Source: Candidatus Hadarchaeota archaeon (GTDB lineage: Archaea; Hadarchaeota; Hadarchaeia; Hadarchaeales; JAGGTB01). From it: a DNA stretch of 64,000 bases. Positions within the stretch are counted from its first letter, which is position 1, and each line of letters opens with the position of its first letter. The notes below the pieces were generated by a model. That model was not told the origin of the DNA. It did not search any database and saw nothing but the letters and a program-made list of their open reading frames with translations. Where the stretch lies: contig CAYNPN010000004.1 of the NCBI GenBank assembly GCA_964399085.1, forward strand, positions 15,680 through 79,679, read 5' to 3'. This document shows positions 37,988-47,534 of this stretch, one piece after another. A program made the position numbers and the translations under genes.

Positions 37988-40129
37988 TCAGGCTTTGTAT
38001 ACCTTACAAGGATTTCCCCGAATGGTCGGTGTGCCAGTTAGAGGATCACAAGGTGTGTCATAATCCGTTATGAGATTTGTATTTGAATCCGTAAACTCCT
38101 CGTTGCCCCACCCGAATTCAGTGATTACAATCTTGGGGTGGACCTTAGGGTCGGTAAAAAGTTTTTGTTTAACTTTGTTATTTTCTGTCTCTATATATAT
38201 CCAATCGCCATTTTCTAAATCTCTTTCTTCAGCAGTTTCAGCGTTCATGATTACAGTTGGCGGGGGTGATTTTTCTCTTAGTTCCTCCACATTTCGATAA
38301 CCTGAAAGCATGAAAATTTCGCTTTTGTAATTAGTGACTACAAGAGGATATTCTTTGGTAGTTTTGAATGAACCCATCAGTGGTTCTTTAAGTTTCTCAA
38401 ATTTTGGTATTGGATCCCCACCCATATCTTTCAAACTTTCGGAATGTATCTCTACTCTACCGGAGTTAGTTCGGTAACCCGAAACTTCGTTAGGATCATA
38501 CCTTCTTTCCCCTTTAACATGTTTTACATTATCTCGGAACTCTTCCCAGGATAATCCCATGGGTCGAAGCATATAGTCAAGAGCTTCGGATTCATCATCC
38601 CAGAAGTACTCTTCAAAACCTAATCGTTTTGCAAGTTCATTTATTATTTTAATGTCTGGCCAGGCCTCACCAGGAGGATCAACAAGCTTTGGTTGAGCTC
38701 TCAGCATGCCAAACCAAGCAGGCCAAAAAGCTATCGTTTCGTGCTCATGAATAGGAGCGGCAGGTAAAACTATATCTGCAATTTCAGTGGTTGCCGTATG
38801 GAACAATTCAGATATTACGAAGAAGTCCAACTTTTTAAAGGCCTTCTTAGTTGCTTTAGAATCCGGATACGTGATTAAGGGATTTGTAACTAAAGCGAAT
38901 GCCGCTTTAGGCTGATAAGGCTTACCCTCCAGCAAAGCTTTGGTTAATGATTGGGTTGGAACAAATCCGCCCTTATTTGCAATACTAAACTTACCACCTA
39001 TTGTTCTTTTCGGGGATCTAGGATATTTAGCAAGCCTATCCTTTAAATCACCCAGCATAAATCTTCCTGGTGGATAATAGTTAGGCCTCTTTAATTCCAC
39101 TAACCCTCCATCTGGAGTGTTCACATTCCCCGTGATGCCTTGTAAAATTGCTAATGCTCTGCAAGCTTGGAAAGATTGAGAGTTGAATTCTAACGAATTC
39201 CCCGATCCAATTATTCCAGGCTTATTTTCGGCATATAATTTTGCTACTTCTCTAATTTTTTCTTCCGGTACCCAAGTTAAATTTTCTACTTCCCTTAATG
39301 TGAAGGTTTTTACTTCTTTCTGGAGTTCATCAAAGCCCTTTGTCCAACTCTCAACATACTCTTTGTCGTATAACTCCTCCTCAACAATAACTTTTATAAT
39401 ACCCATTGCTAAAACCCCATCGCTGTTTGGACGGGGTCTCAACCAGTAGTCAGCGTCAGAAGCATGCATTCCCTTTTCTGGCCATACTTCTATATTCCTC
39501 GGATCTATCACAACTATTTTTGTCCCGCCTTCTACAGCAGAATTGAAATAGTTTCGCTGGATATCTATGAAAGATCCACCAGTGTGCGGGAGGTTCGTCC
39601 CCCATATTACAATTATTTCTGGATCATTTTCTGTTCTAGCTTCCCATGCCTGCATCCCAAATGTATATCTCAGAGCTTCTGTGGTCATCACACCGCAATA
39701 ATTGCCGGGAGTAATTGTATTTGGGGTTCCAAAAGCAGTGGCAAAACGTTGTGCAAAAGCAAACTCCATGCCTTTGGGCTCTCCTAAAACCATGGCTAAT
39801 CTCTCTGGTCCATATTCTTCCCTTATCTGCTGAAATTCACTTGCAATTGTGTCTAAGGCTTCATCCCAAGAAATTTTCTCCCACTCTCCCTCCCCCCTTT
39901 CACCCCTCCTTTTCAGCGGATGTTTAAGCCGATCTGAATTATTTAATGTCCCAATTATGTGACTCTCTCCTTTTTTCACGGAACAAACGTTTGTGGGAAA
40001 CTCTGTTTCACCTGCACCTCTCACATCTGTTACTTTACCATTTTCCACCGTCACCTTTAATGCACAATGATTACCACAGATATGGCAGAAAGTAGTGTAA
40101 CTTTTTTCTTCTCCCATATTTTTCCTCAA
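37988..40129 (-). CDS. Molybdopterin/tungstopterin oxidoreductase catalytic subunit, formate-dehydrogenase-alpha-like
   Basis: 713 aa. N-terminal [4Fe-4S] motif FCHICGNHCALKV...C and MGD-binding domains. No in-frame TGA, so a Cys rather than Sec ligand. Confidence 0.75.
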   Translation of the reverse strand: MRKNMGEEKSYTTFCHICGNHCALKVTVENGKVTDVRGAGETEFPTNVCSVKKGESHIIGTLNNSDRLKHPLKRRGERGEGEWEKISWDEALDTIASEFQQIREEYGPERLAMVLGEPKGMEFAFAQRFATAFGTPNTITPGNYCGVMTTEALRYTFGMQAWEARTENDPEIIVIWGTNLPHTGGSFIDIQRNYFNSAVEGGTKIVVIDPRNIEVWPEKGMHASDADYWLRPRPNSDGVLAMGIIKVIVEEELYDKEYVESWTKGFDELQKEVKTFTLREVENLTWVPEEKIREVAKLYAENKPGIIGSGNSLEFNSQSFQACRALAILQGITGNVNTPDGGLVELKRPNYYPPGRFMLGDLKDRLAKYPRSPKRTIGGKFSIANKGGFVPTQSLTKALLEGKPYQPKAAFALVTNPLITYPDSKATKKAFKKLDFFVISELFHTATTEIADIVLPAAPIHEHETIAFWPAWFGMLRAQPKLVDPPGEAWPDIKIINELAKRLGFEEYFWDDESEALDYMLRPMGLSWEEFRDNVKHVKGERRYDPNEVSGYRTNSGRVEIHSESLKDMGGDPIPKFEKLKEPLMGSFKTTKEYPLVVTNYKSEIFMLSGYRNVEELREKSPPPTVIMNAETAEERDLENGDWIYIETENNKVKQKLFTDPKVHPKIVITEFGWGNEEFTDSNTNLITDYDTPCDPLTGTPTIRGNPCKVYKA

Positions 40130-40729
40130 ACCATGCTAAATATTACATCTTCCTAGTTAAAAGTGATGACATTTAAGTATTCGCGCAGTTTTTCTATGTT
40201 TATTACGGATATGGAGGCCAATATAGAAAATATTAACTTTTTTGCTCTCAAGGGCCAAAAGATTGTAATTCCCTCCTACCATCACTGATATAAGTATATA
40301 TAGGAGGAATAAATTCTTTAAATAGCTAAAAAATCTTTATTAGACTCAAAATAAACAATGGGAAATAAAAATCATGCTAATATTCCCCAAAAATCGTTCT
40401 GAGATTGCTGTCTCGTCTTAAATAACATAATAATAACCAATATAAGGAATTTAATCAATTTTGAAAAGATAAATAGAATTAGACATCTATAAGAAAAATC
40501 TAAATGCTAATGTAGTGAAATAAGAGCGCGATATTTTCCTTTAAAAAGCTTTCCAGACTTAATGGTAGGATGAGACCTTTTTCGCTGGTATTGGGGGTAG
40601 AGAGATATCTTTGAAAGCTTCTTAATTTTGGAAGCTCGTCTAAGGGGCTTGAAGAAATTGGCTTCGATTTAAAGCTAGCTACTCAAAAAAAGCCAAATTA
40701 ATAGCGGAGGAGAGACAAAGACCGATGTG

Positions 40730-41250
40730 ATAGACGACAGAATATTAGTACTTTATTAAGGGCTGGGCTTGCATCCGAAGCTTATATCCCATCGGAAGAA
40801 GTTCGTGAACCTCGATATAAGATAGTTCAGGAAGAAACTCCTGAGGAAGAGAATGAGTTTGGAAAACAAGATTTATGCTGCCTGAAAAGAACAGGTTAAA
40901 GATAAGTAACAATCCCCTCACAGAAAAACAAGTATAAACTTAGAGAGTTGAACATCAGTTCGATAAATCACCATTTCACGGTGTTAGAAATGTTTTATGA
41001 TTGAATAAAGATGGTTTTGAAGCAACTTTGACAGATTGCAGAGGAGTAAAAGCTTAACTTCTCATGATTATGCCTGGAATAAGCCATACCTCGGCGCTCG
41101 TCATCCTCGGAGAAATCGCTACATCTACTGCTACGACAGTCTTTAAAACTCCGCTCCTACGCCGAATTTGCGTTCAAATTCCACAAGTTATGAGATCTCC
41201 CCGTTTGAGGGAATCAAGAAGAAAGTAAACAAACTCCTCCGCTAGGCAAT
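40730..41250 (+). pseudogene. Decayed IS110-family transposase remnant inside a 1.3-kb AT-rich gap with no ORFs
   Basis: Different-frame translations give AGLASEAYIPSEEVREPR (compare TGWLPEAWFPPKEIGMLQEK of the intact IS110 at 61204) and LMIMPGISHTSALVILGEIATS...ICVQIPQVMRSPRL (compare LVMTIPGIGFLWGLTITTEI...YAGLVPSTEQSG). Multiple frameshifts and stops. Confidence 0.45.
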
Positions 41251-41410
41251 AGTCGAATGTGCATTGTTACACATTAATCACGGAGATTCTCACCCTACTA
41301 GGTAATAAGAAAGAAAGTAAGGAAGGAGAGAGCCGAAAGAAGCGGTGATAGCCACTGAGACAAGTTGCCCACTTTTATATACAGAGAATGACTCATGCTT
41401 GTCTCGAAGT

Positions 41411-43012
41411 TTATCCTTCTAGCAGCGCTTCTTTATCTATTTTCCCTGAACTTAATGTTGGAAAATCTTCCATTCCCCAAAACTCGTATTCTCGCGGTCT
41501 TTTATGATTGGCCAGCTCCGAGTGTTGCTTGCACCATTCATCAAGTTCATCCTCAGTCAAATCTTCATTCGGGCTTCTTATAAATGCCTTCACAGCTTCT
41601 CCCCATTTCTCATGAGTTACACCGGCAACAACCACCTCAGCCACATCCGGATGTTCGATAAGGGGCTTTTCAACTTCTGCCGGATAGATATTCTCTCCTC
41701 CGCTTATTATCATATCTTTTTTCCGTGCCGGAATATAGAAGTCACCATCCTCGTCTTTGTAACAAATATCTCCAGTGTAGAACCAACCATCCTTAAATGC
41801 CTTTTTCTCTTCTTCTGGCATGCCGATGTATTCTGAAGCCACTGTTGGTCCACGGACGATTAACTCTCCTTCTTCTCCCGTTGGTACCTCATCCTCTGGT
41901 TGCCCTCCTAATTCAACTATCCGCATCTCACAGGTCGGCCAAGGTTTTCCTATACTTTCCGGCTTTTCATTAGCATAGCCAGCTGTGGACCCACCCATGG
42001 GGAAAGCTTCGCTTGCTCCCCAAGTATTACTAATGTAATCCGGTTGGAATTCCTCCATAAGCTGGTTTACAACATTTTCTTTAGCTACTTCCCCTACGGT
42101 AAAGATTGACCCGAGAGGTTTAATATCGTATTTTTCAGGATTTTCTTTAAGCTCTGCCATAGCCATCTTCCATTGAGTATATACTGCAAAGACCAAATCC
42201 GGGCTTTTTTCCTGTAGGATTTCAAGGTAAAGATCGGGAGCCCATTCTTCTAATATGAGCCTATTACCTGCTGTACAGACCGATGCTATTTGCATGGCTT
42301 TCCAGCCTATAAAATTAGGCATAAAACCACAAAGGGTAGTAGGATTAACGTCCAATCTAGCCGACCATCCAGACGCAAAGGCACACTGAGACTCTTGAAA
42401 GTTATCGAATGGAATCGCTTTTGGTTTACCTGTAGTTCCGCTGGTGAACTGTATGGTAGATCTATCCGTGGGATTCACTTCTACATCAGGTTCACTCTTT
42501 GAATATTCTCCGAATATTTTTTCGATTAAATCCACATCTTCAACTTCTTCACTATTTGAAACAAATTTATCAAAGGAAAACACATCCTTAGCTTCTTCCA
42601 ATAGCTTTGAGAATATTTTGTCAAATACGAGTACATCGGCATCTATTCTGCTAATCATTTCAACGATATTCTTTGGTGTTTCACGCATCGGTAGAGGTGA
42701 AGCAACTGCTCCTATTTTATGAGCAGCTGCCCAGACTTTATTGACCCATATATTTTGAGTGGATAAAATGGCTATTACATCCCCCTTAGAAATCCCAATA
42801 TCCTGGAAATAGTTTGCCATAGCACAGGCGTCCTTATTTAATTCTTCATATGAGCAACTTTGGTCAGTTTTAATATTTTCAAAAGCTATACTTTTCGGAT
42901 AACTTCTAGCAACGGTTTTTAAGATATCATCATAAGTTTGTAAGGGATATTTTTTTCTAATTAAATCACCCCCGTTTTTCTTTTTCCTGCTTCCCCTTTC
43001 CTGCTTAAACAA
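41411..43012 (-). CDS. AMP-forming acyl-CoA synthetase/ligase
   Basis: FTSGTTGKPK AMP-binding motif, TWGASEAF, GEEGELIVRGP and YTGDICYKDEDGDFYIPARKKD hinge region. Confidence 0.85.
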   Translation of the reverse strand: MFKQERGSRKKKNGGDLIRKKYPLQTYDDILKTVARSYPKSIAFENIKTDQSCSYEELNKDACAMANYFQDIGISKGDVIAILSTQNIWVNKVWAAAHKIGAVASPLPMRETPKNIVEMISRIDADVLVFDKIFSKLLEEAKDVFSFDKFVSNSEEVEDVDLIEKIFGEYSKSEPDVEVNPTDRSTIQFTSGTTGKPKAIPFDNFQESQCAFASGWSARLDVNPTTLCGFMPNFIGWKAMQIASVCTAGNRLILEEWAPDLYLEILQEKSPDLVFAVYTQWKMAMAELKENPEKYDIKPLGSIFTVGEVAKENVVNQLMEEFQPDYISNTWGASEAFPMGGSTAGYANEKPESIGKPWPTCEMRIVELGGQPEDEVPTGEEGELIVRGPTVASEYIGMPEEEKKAFKDGWFYTGDICYKDEDGDFYIPARKKDMIISGGENIYPAEVEKPLIEHPDVAEVVVAGVTHEKWGEAVKAFIRSPNEDLTEDELDEWCKQHSELANHKRPREYEFWGMEDFPTLSSGKIDKEALLEG

Positions 43013-43276
43013 TTAAAGACTTCCGGTCATCGTGCTGTGTTGATTGGGATGAAAAATTCTCTGGATAAAAATATACTCCAAACTACTCTGGCGAAAGACT
43101 AAAATACCTCAATCCTCTAAAGAAAGATTGAGGCTAGGGCAGTTATCTATCCGGAGTTTTCCCCATTTTGGTGTTTAGCCTCGGGTTCTCAATCAAAAGC
43201 AGAAGAATATCATAAATCTTTTGATAGCGTGGCGAGTTGCCTTTTTCAAATTTCAAAAGACTAAAGAAATAGTTCT

Positions 43277-44116
43277 CTAGGAAGGAATAAGATGCTCGTT
43301 GCTCCCCTTATTCAGGTAAAGACTTCCCTCGCCTTCCTCTGCTTTATCTCCGGTAAATTTGAGGTAATTCCCTTCTACCTCCACTCCGTCAACCTCGGGA
43401 TTACTCACTTCCTCTTCGAAGCTGAATCCGGGCAAAACTTCCTCTAATTCGCCGTTTACGACTATGTCTCCGTCCTCCATTTCACTTCCTGCTCTCGCAC
43501 CGAGGTCTCCATCGACGACAATAGCTCCGCTTTTCATGTGGTATCCTAGATGTATACCGGCGTCTCCATTAATCTCTATTTGACCGCCGTCTAACCACTC
43601 ACCTACCTGGTCAGAAGCATCGCCGCCGAGAACTATCTTACCGTCGGTCATGCCTATCCAATCTCCTCGATAAGTCGCTCCGAGGAATTCTTCGGCATCT
43701 CCTTTGATCTCCAATTCTCCACCTGACATTTTCTGTCCGGCCCAAGCATCGGCGTCTCCTTCGACTTCGATCTTGCCACCGGACATGAAGGCTCCGACGT
43801 ACATACCGACATCGCCGTTTACCTTGATTTTTCCCTCGGACATGTCCTGCCCGACTCTCTTACCCTTGGGAATATCTCCGTCTATCACAATCTCGACCTC
43901 TTCCTCTCCGGTATCCTCACAATCAATTTCGAAAACATCGGTCAGCTCTAATTCCTTCGACCCCTTGTAGACCGGAACTTCGCCGATTTCTTCGGGGCTT
44001 TTACCCTTCAGATTATCGGGGATAACCTGATCGAGTTCGAGTTGAAAATCGAGTTCGGGTTTTGGATTTAAAATTACTTTCAAATTATAGACCTCCTTAC
44101 AAATTGTCCCTAGCAT
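43277..44116 (-). CDS. fwdC: Formylmethanofuran dehydrogenase subunit C-like (GXGXXG-repeat beta-helix, GltB C-terminal-domain fold)
   Basis: Tandem glycine-rich repeats (G-x-I-x-V-x-G-D-A-G-x...) across the protein, typical of FwdC/FmdC. Overlaps the fwdA end by 20 nt. Confidence 0.75.
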   Translation of the reverse strand: MLGTICKEVYNLKVILNPKPELDFQLELDQVIPDNLKGKSPEEIGEVPVYKGSKELELTDVFEIDCEDTGEEEVEIVIDGDIPKGKRVGQDMSEGKIKVNGDVGMYVGAFMSGGKIEVEGDADAWAGQKMSGGELEIKGDAEEFLGATYRGDWIGMTDGKIVLGGDASDQVGEWLDGGQIEINGDAGIHLGYHMKSGAIVVDGDLGARAGSEMEDGDIVVNGELEEVLPGFSFEEEVSNPEVDGVEVEGNYLKFTGDKAEEGEGSLYLNKGSNEHLIPS

Positions 44117-45818
44117 CTATTGAGATGGCTTCTGGATTAGTCATGTATTCGGGTTGAACTGGATAATTGTTTATGTTCACGGTGTAGTACCTCTTAAACT
44201 TCCTCTCTATATCCTTGTATACTTCCTTCTCCAGATCCTCCGGAAGCTGAGCATCGACCCAGTAAGTTCGTCCGGAGGTGTCTTTCTTGATCTCTCCGTT
44301 CTCGGAGACTATTTCCCCATCTTTTATGCAGTAGCTGGCGTTTGCGAAGGTCTCCCTGACCTTCTCGGGATTCCTGCTAATATCAGTCTCATTCGGATTC
44401 AAATCGTAAATTGCCACATCTCCGACCGCACCCGGTCCCAGGTGACCTCGATCCTCCATTCCGAGCACTCTCGCGCTGTTGGCTCTGGAGATAAGTGCGA
44501 TCTCTTCCATAGTCATTTCACGGTCAATAGTCGCGATTACCGCAGACCTCTCGATATTATCGTGAATTCTCTCGATCTCCTCGTTTCTGGCCTGCTCACT
44601 AACCAGCCAGCTGATTACCTTCGGATAGTTTACGAACGGACCTCCGTTGGGGTGATCAGTGGTAAGAATAACCTGCTCCGGGTCGTCTACCAGCAGAGCC
44701 AGCTCCAGCCCGATTGCCCACTGAACGGCATTCACGGGATTATCTCGATGGTAAACAAACGGAACTACTCCTGCACCGGTCTCCAACTCGACGTCCGCAT
44801 TGATCCACTTCAGATGGTTCAAACCCCTCAGGTTGTACTGAAAGGGTCCGTCAGCAGTCATAGTGGTCGTGTTGCCGAATATCACCTGACCCATGTCTAT
44901 CATTAAATCATCTCTCTCGTTGACCCTCTCGGCGACATCTTTTGCATTGGATTCAAAATCCGCCCAACTGCTTCCGCCGTAGGAGTTGAACTGAGCATGG
45001 GTAAGATGGAAAACGTTATCTCTCACTTCGCTTCCCGGTTTAACTCCCCTCGTCTTATCGAAGGTTTCGATTGCCGTCTTTGAGTTGCCCGGTCTGCCAA
45101 GGTTGTTGCCATGGACATGGATTGAATGGGGCAACTCCAAAAGTTCGTTAACTTCCTCCAGACCCCGAATTATCTCGCCGGGCGACACGTCAAAGTAAGC
45201 AACCCTATCTTCTACGCTATCTACATCCTTTCCCCAACCCCAGTTCTCGGTCCCTCCGGGATTGACGAGCTTGAGGGCATATCCCTTGGTGGCCCTCAAA
45301 AGCCAAGAGATGAAGGCGGCCAATCCCTCGTAATCTTCATCCTTAACGTAATCCATGACCATCCAATTGTTGCCCACACAGGGATACGCTGCCTTGTCTA
45401 TGATTGGGATATCCGCGAGCTCCTCATGAGTGTGTCTCGCTTCGAGGGGCGGCATGGCCGGATCTATGACGGTCGTCCAACCCATCTTGGCGTATAGGTA
45501 TCCGGTGGTGAATGTCGAGAATACGGATCTTCCAGCTCCCGATCTGGGATAGTCCTTATTGGAATAGTAATTCCTGCCCTCTTCCGGTCTAAACTTCCTA
45601 CCTGCGTTGACCTTGGAACCCGCAATATGGCTATGTATGTCCACTCCTCCGGGCATAACAACTTGGCCCGAGGCGTCTATGGCCTTCGCAGAATTTCCGG
45701 AGAGCGATTCGACTACTTCCCCATCCTCTATCAGAATGTCCTTTTCTTCGCCGGAGACCCCATTCATGGGGTCGTATACTATTCCGTTTTTGATTTCAAG
45801 GCTAGACATCTTTGTCAC
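44097..45818 (-). CDS. fwdA: Formylmethanofuran dehydrogenase subunit A-like (metal-dependent amidohydrolase)
   Basis: 573 aa amidohydrolase with the HxH metal motif (VDIHSHIAG). Sits between fwdB and fwdC. Confidence 0.75.
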   Translation of the reverse strand: MTKMSSLEIKNGIVYDPMNGVSGEEKDILIEDGEVVESLSGNSAKAIDASGQVVMPGGVDIHSHIAGSKVNAGRKFRPEEGRNYYSNKDYPRSGAGRSVFSTFTTGYLYAKMGWTTVIDPAMPPLEARHTHEELADIPIIDKAAYPCVGNNWMVMDYVKDEDYEGLAAFISWLLRATKGYALKLVNPGGTENWGWGKDVDSVEDRVAYFDVSPGEIIRGLEEVNELLELPHSIHVHGNNLGRPGNSKTAIETFDKTRGVKPGSEVRDNVFHLTHAQFNSYGGSSWADFESNAKDVAERVNERDDLMIDMGQVIFGNTTTMTADGPFQYNLRGLNHLKWINADVELETGAGVVPFVYHRDNPVNAVQWAIGLELALLVDDPEQVILTTDHPNGGPFVNYPKVISWLVSEQARNEEIERIHDNIERSAVIATIDREMTMEEIALISRANSARVLGMEDRGHLGPGAVGDVAIYDLNPNETDISRNPEKVRETFANASYCIKDGEIVSENGEIKKDTSGRTYWVDAQLPEDLEKEVYKDIERKFKRYYTVNINNYPVQPEYMTNPEAISIDARDNL

Positions 45819-47102
45819 TTATATTCTTTCAATAATCTTCTCTAATATTTCTTCGTCAGGCAGTATTCCTTCAGGAGGGTCCTTCACTTTTCGGAGTTTA
45901 ATCGGTACTCCGTCCATTCTGTAAGCCGTTCCTTCGGCCTCAATCCCTGAAATTGCGGAGGGGATAAACACGTCCGAAAATTGCGCAGTTGGTGAAAAGT
46001 GAGGATCAATAGTTATTGTTGGAATTTCCTGCAGATTTCCAAATGTCTGTCTAGGTAGATTAGGTATTGGGTCTGAGGCTACAAATATAGCTGCATCCGC
46101 CTCCTCATTTCTCAAGACGTCTACCACGCTGTTCTCACCTGGACCGTACCTTGGATAACCCCTCGCAAAGTCCACCGCAAACGGGAATCTCGCCTCCCAG
46201 CAGAAAACTTTATTCGCCCCAGCGACATTGAAATGTCCCCTCATGGGCATAATGGTAAACTTATTACCTAGTTCATTTAAATCGGTGACAAGGGATAAGA
46301 CATTATCAATATTGGAATATTTTCCCTTACTCATAGTAAGACCCAAGCCAAAGAACAAAGCACCGAAGTCATGATTTTGGAAATCCTCTGCTAGTTTCTC
46401 AATCTCCTCCGATGAAACTCCTGCCACTTCGTCGGGGATATCTCCACCTTTCAATACAGTTCTGATCGCATCTAGCAACTCATAATCCTTATCCGGCTTG
46501 ACCTGAATAAATTGGTCAGCTATTTTTGCAGTATCGGTCTTTCTTATGTCCACTACAACTATCTTTCTATCTCGTTCCCCCTTTCTTCTAAAGAAACCGC
46601 GAGGGTATATGGTATATCTAGATAAGTGTCTGGGATGCGAATGAGCGGGATTACAACCCCAGTAAATGATTAAATCAGCCCTATTCTTGATTTGTCCTAG
46701 TGTACATGTCGACCCTCCCACTCCCTGTTCAGCAATAATACTAGGACCGTGACACACAGAGGTAGTATTGTCCATAACTCCGCTTACTTTTTCCGTTAAC
46801 GCCACTCCCTTCTTTTGAGCTTCGCAAGTTGTAGAAGACCAACCGTATGCCAAGGAGTAATCTGAATTGCTTAAAATATTTGCAGCTTCACCAATAGCCT
46901 CTTCTAAAGTCACGGGTTTAAGGTCCCCGTTTTTCCTAACCATAGGTTCTTGAGATCTTTCTTTGAAATATTCGGAGAATCTGGCGTGGCCTAGGTTACA
47001 AGTATTCTTGGTGTCCTTTACATGGCCGTTTTCGATTGTTATTTCAATATCGTCACAAAGACAACCGCAGAAAGAACATACGACATCTGTTATTTTTTCC
47101 AT
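45819..47102 (-). CDS. fwdB: Formylmethanofuran dehydrogenase subunit B-like (molybdo/tungstopterin catalytic subunit)
   Basis: N-terminal Cys cluster VVCSFCGCLCDD and a molybdopterin-oxidoreductase fold of about 430 aa, the size of FwdB. Cys-type, with no in-frame TGA. Confidence 0.75.
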   Translation of the reverse strand: MEKITDVVCSFCGCLCDDIEITIENGHVKDTKNTCNLGHARFSEYFKERSQEPMVRKNGDLKPVTLEEAIGEAANILSNSDYSLAYGWSSTTCEAQKKGVALTEKVSGVMDNTTSVCHGPSIIAEQGVGGSTCTLGQIKNRADLIIYWGCNPAHSHPRHLSRYTIYPRGFFRRKGERDRKIVVVDIRKTDTAKIADQFIQVKPDKDYELLDAIRTVLKGGDIPDEVAGVSSEEIEKLAEDFQNHDFGALFFGLGLTMSKGKYSNIDNVLSLVTDLNELGNKFTIMPMRGHFNVAGANKVFCWEARFPFAVDFARGYPRYGPGENSVVDVLRNEEADAAIFVASDPIPNLPRQTFGNLQEIPTITIDPHFSPTAQFSDVFIPSAISGIEAEGTAYRMDGVPIKLRKVKDPPEGILPDEEILEKIIERI

Positions 47103-47118
47103 TTTTCCACCTCAGACC

Positions 47119-47487
47119 TCACCCTATTAGCTCCTTAGCTTTGGTTATCTCACCTTTTGCCTTTTCTATAATGGCATCTAGATTAGTATATTCTGGCATC
47201 CCTTGGCTAGAAGTATTATCAAAGGTTAAAGCATTGGCCCACGGACCAACGGGAAGGAAAACTATTCCCTCATGCGGAGTATCAGGCGACTTATCTGCTT
47301 CTACCTTTACCTCACCATACTCGGTTCTTAATTTGACGGTATCCCCCGTGCTCACGTCTATCTTCTTCATGTCTCTCCCGTCTATTTGTAAGACTGATGC
47401 TGATTTTGAATACGAATCAGAATGTTTTCCCTTTTCCTTCCCCACTCCCTGATCTATTGTTCTCCCTGTAGAAAGTAGGACTTCCAA
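47119..47487 (-). CDS. fwdD: Formylmethanofuran dehydrogenase subunit D-like (molybdopterin dinucleotide-binding beta-barrel)
   Basis: 122 aa, with small-barrel MoCo-binding domain composition. Directly upstream of fwdB. Confidence 0.65.
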   Translation of the reverse strand: MEVLLSTGRTIDQGVGKEKGKHSDSYSKSASVLQIDGRDMKKIDVSTGDTVKLRTEYGEVKVEADKSPDTPHEGIVFLPVGPWANALTFDNTSSQGMPEYTNLDAIIEKAKGEITKAKELIG

Positions 47488-47534
47488 ATTAAAAACCTCC
47501 AGAATTTCCCCGCTTTTTTTCTCTACCTTTCATT

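Noticed and set aside
40130-41410. Possible CRISPR array or ncRNA cluster in the AT-rich gap with no ORFs
   Set aside because: No short regularly spaced direct repeats. The sequence is better explained as a decayed IS110 copy.
43704-43970. 88-aa plus-strand ORF inside fwdC
   Set aside because: Antisense of the Gly-rich repeat gene, giving a Ser/Pro/Thr-rich artefact.
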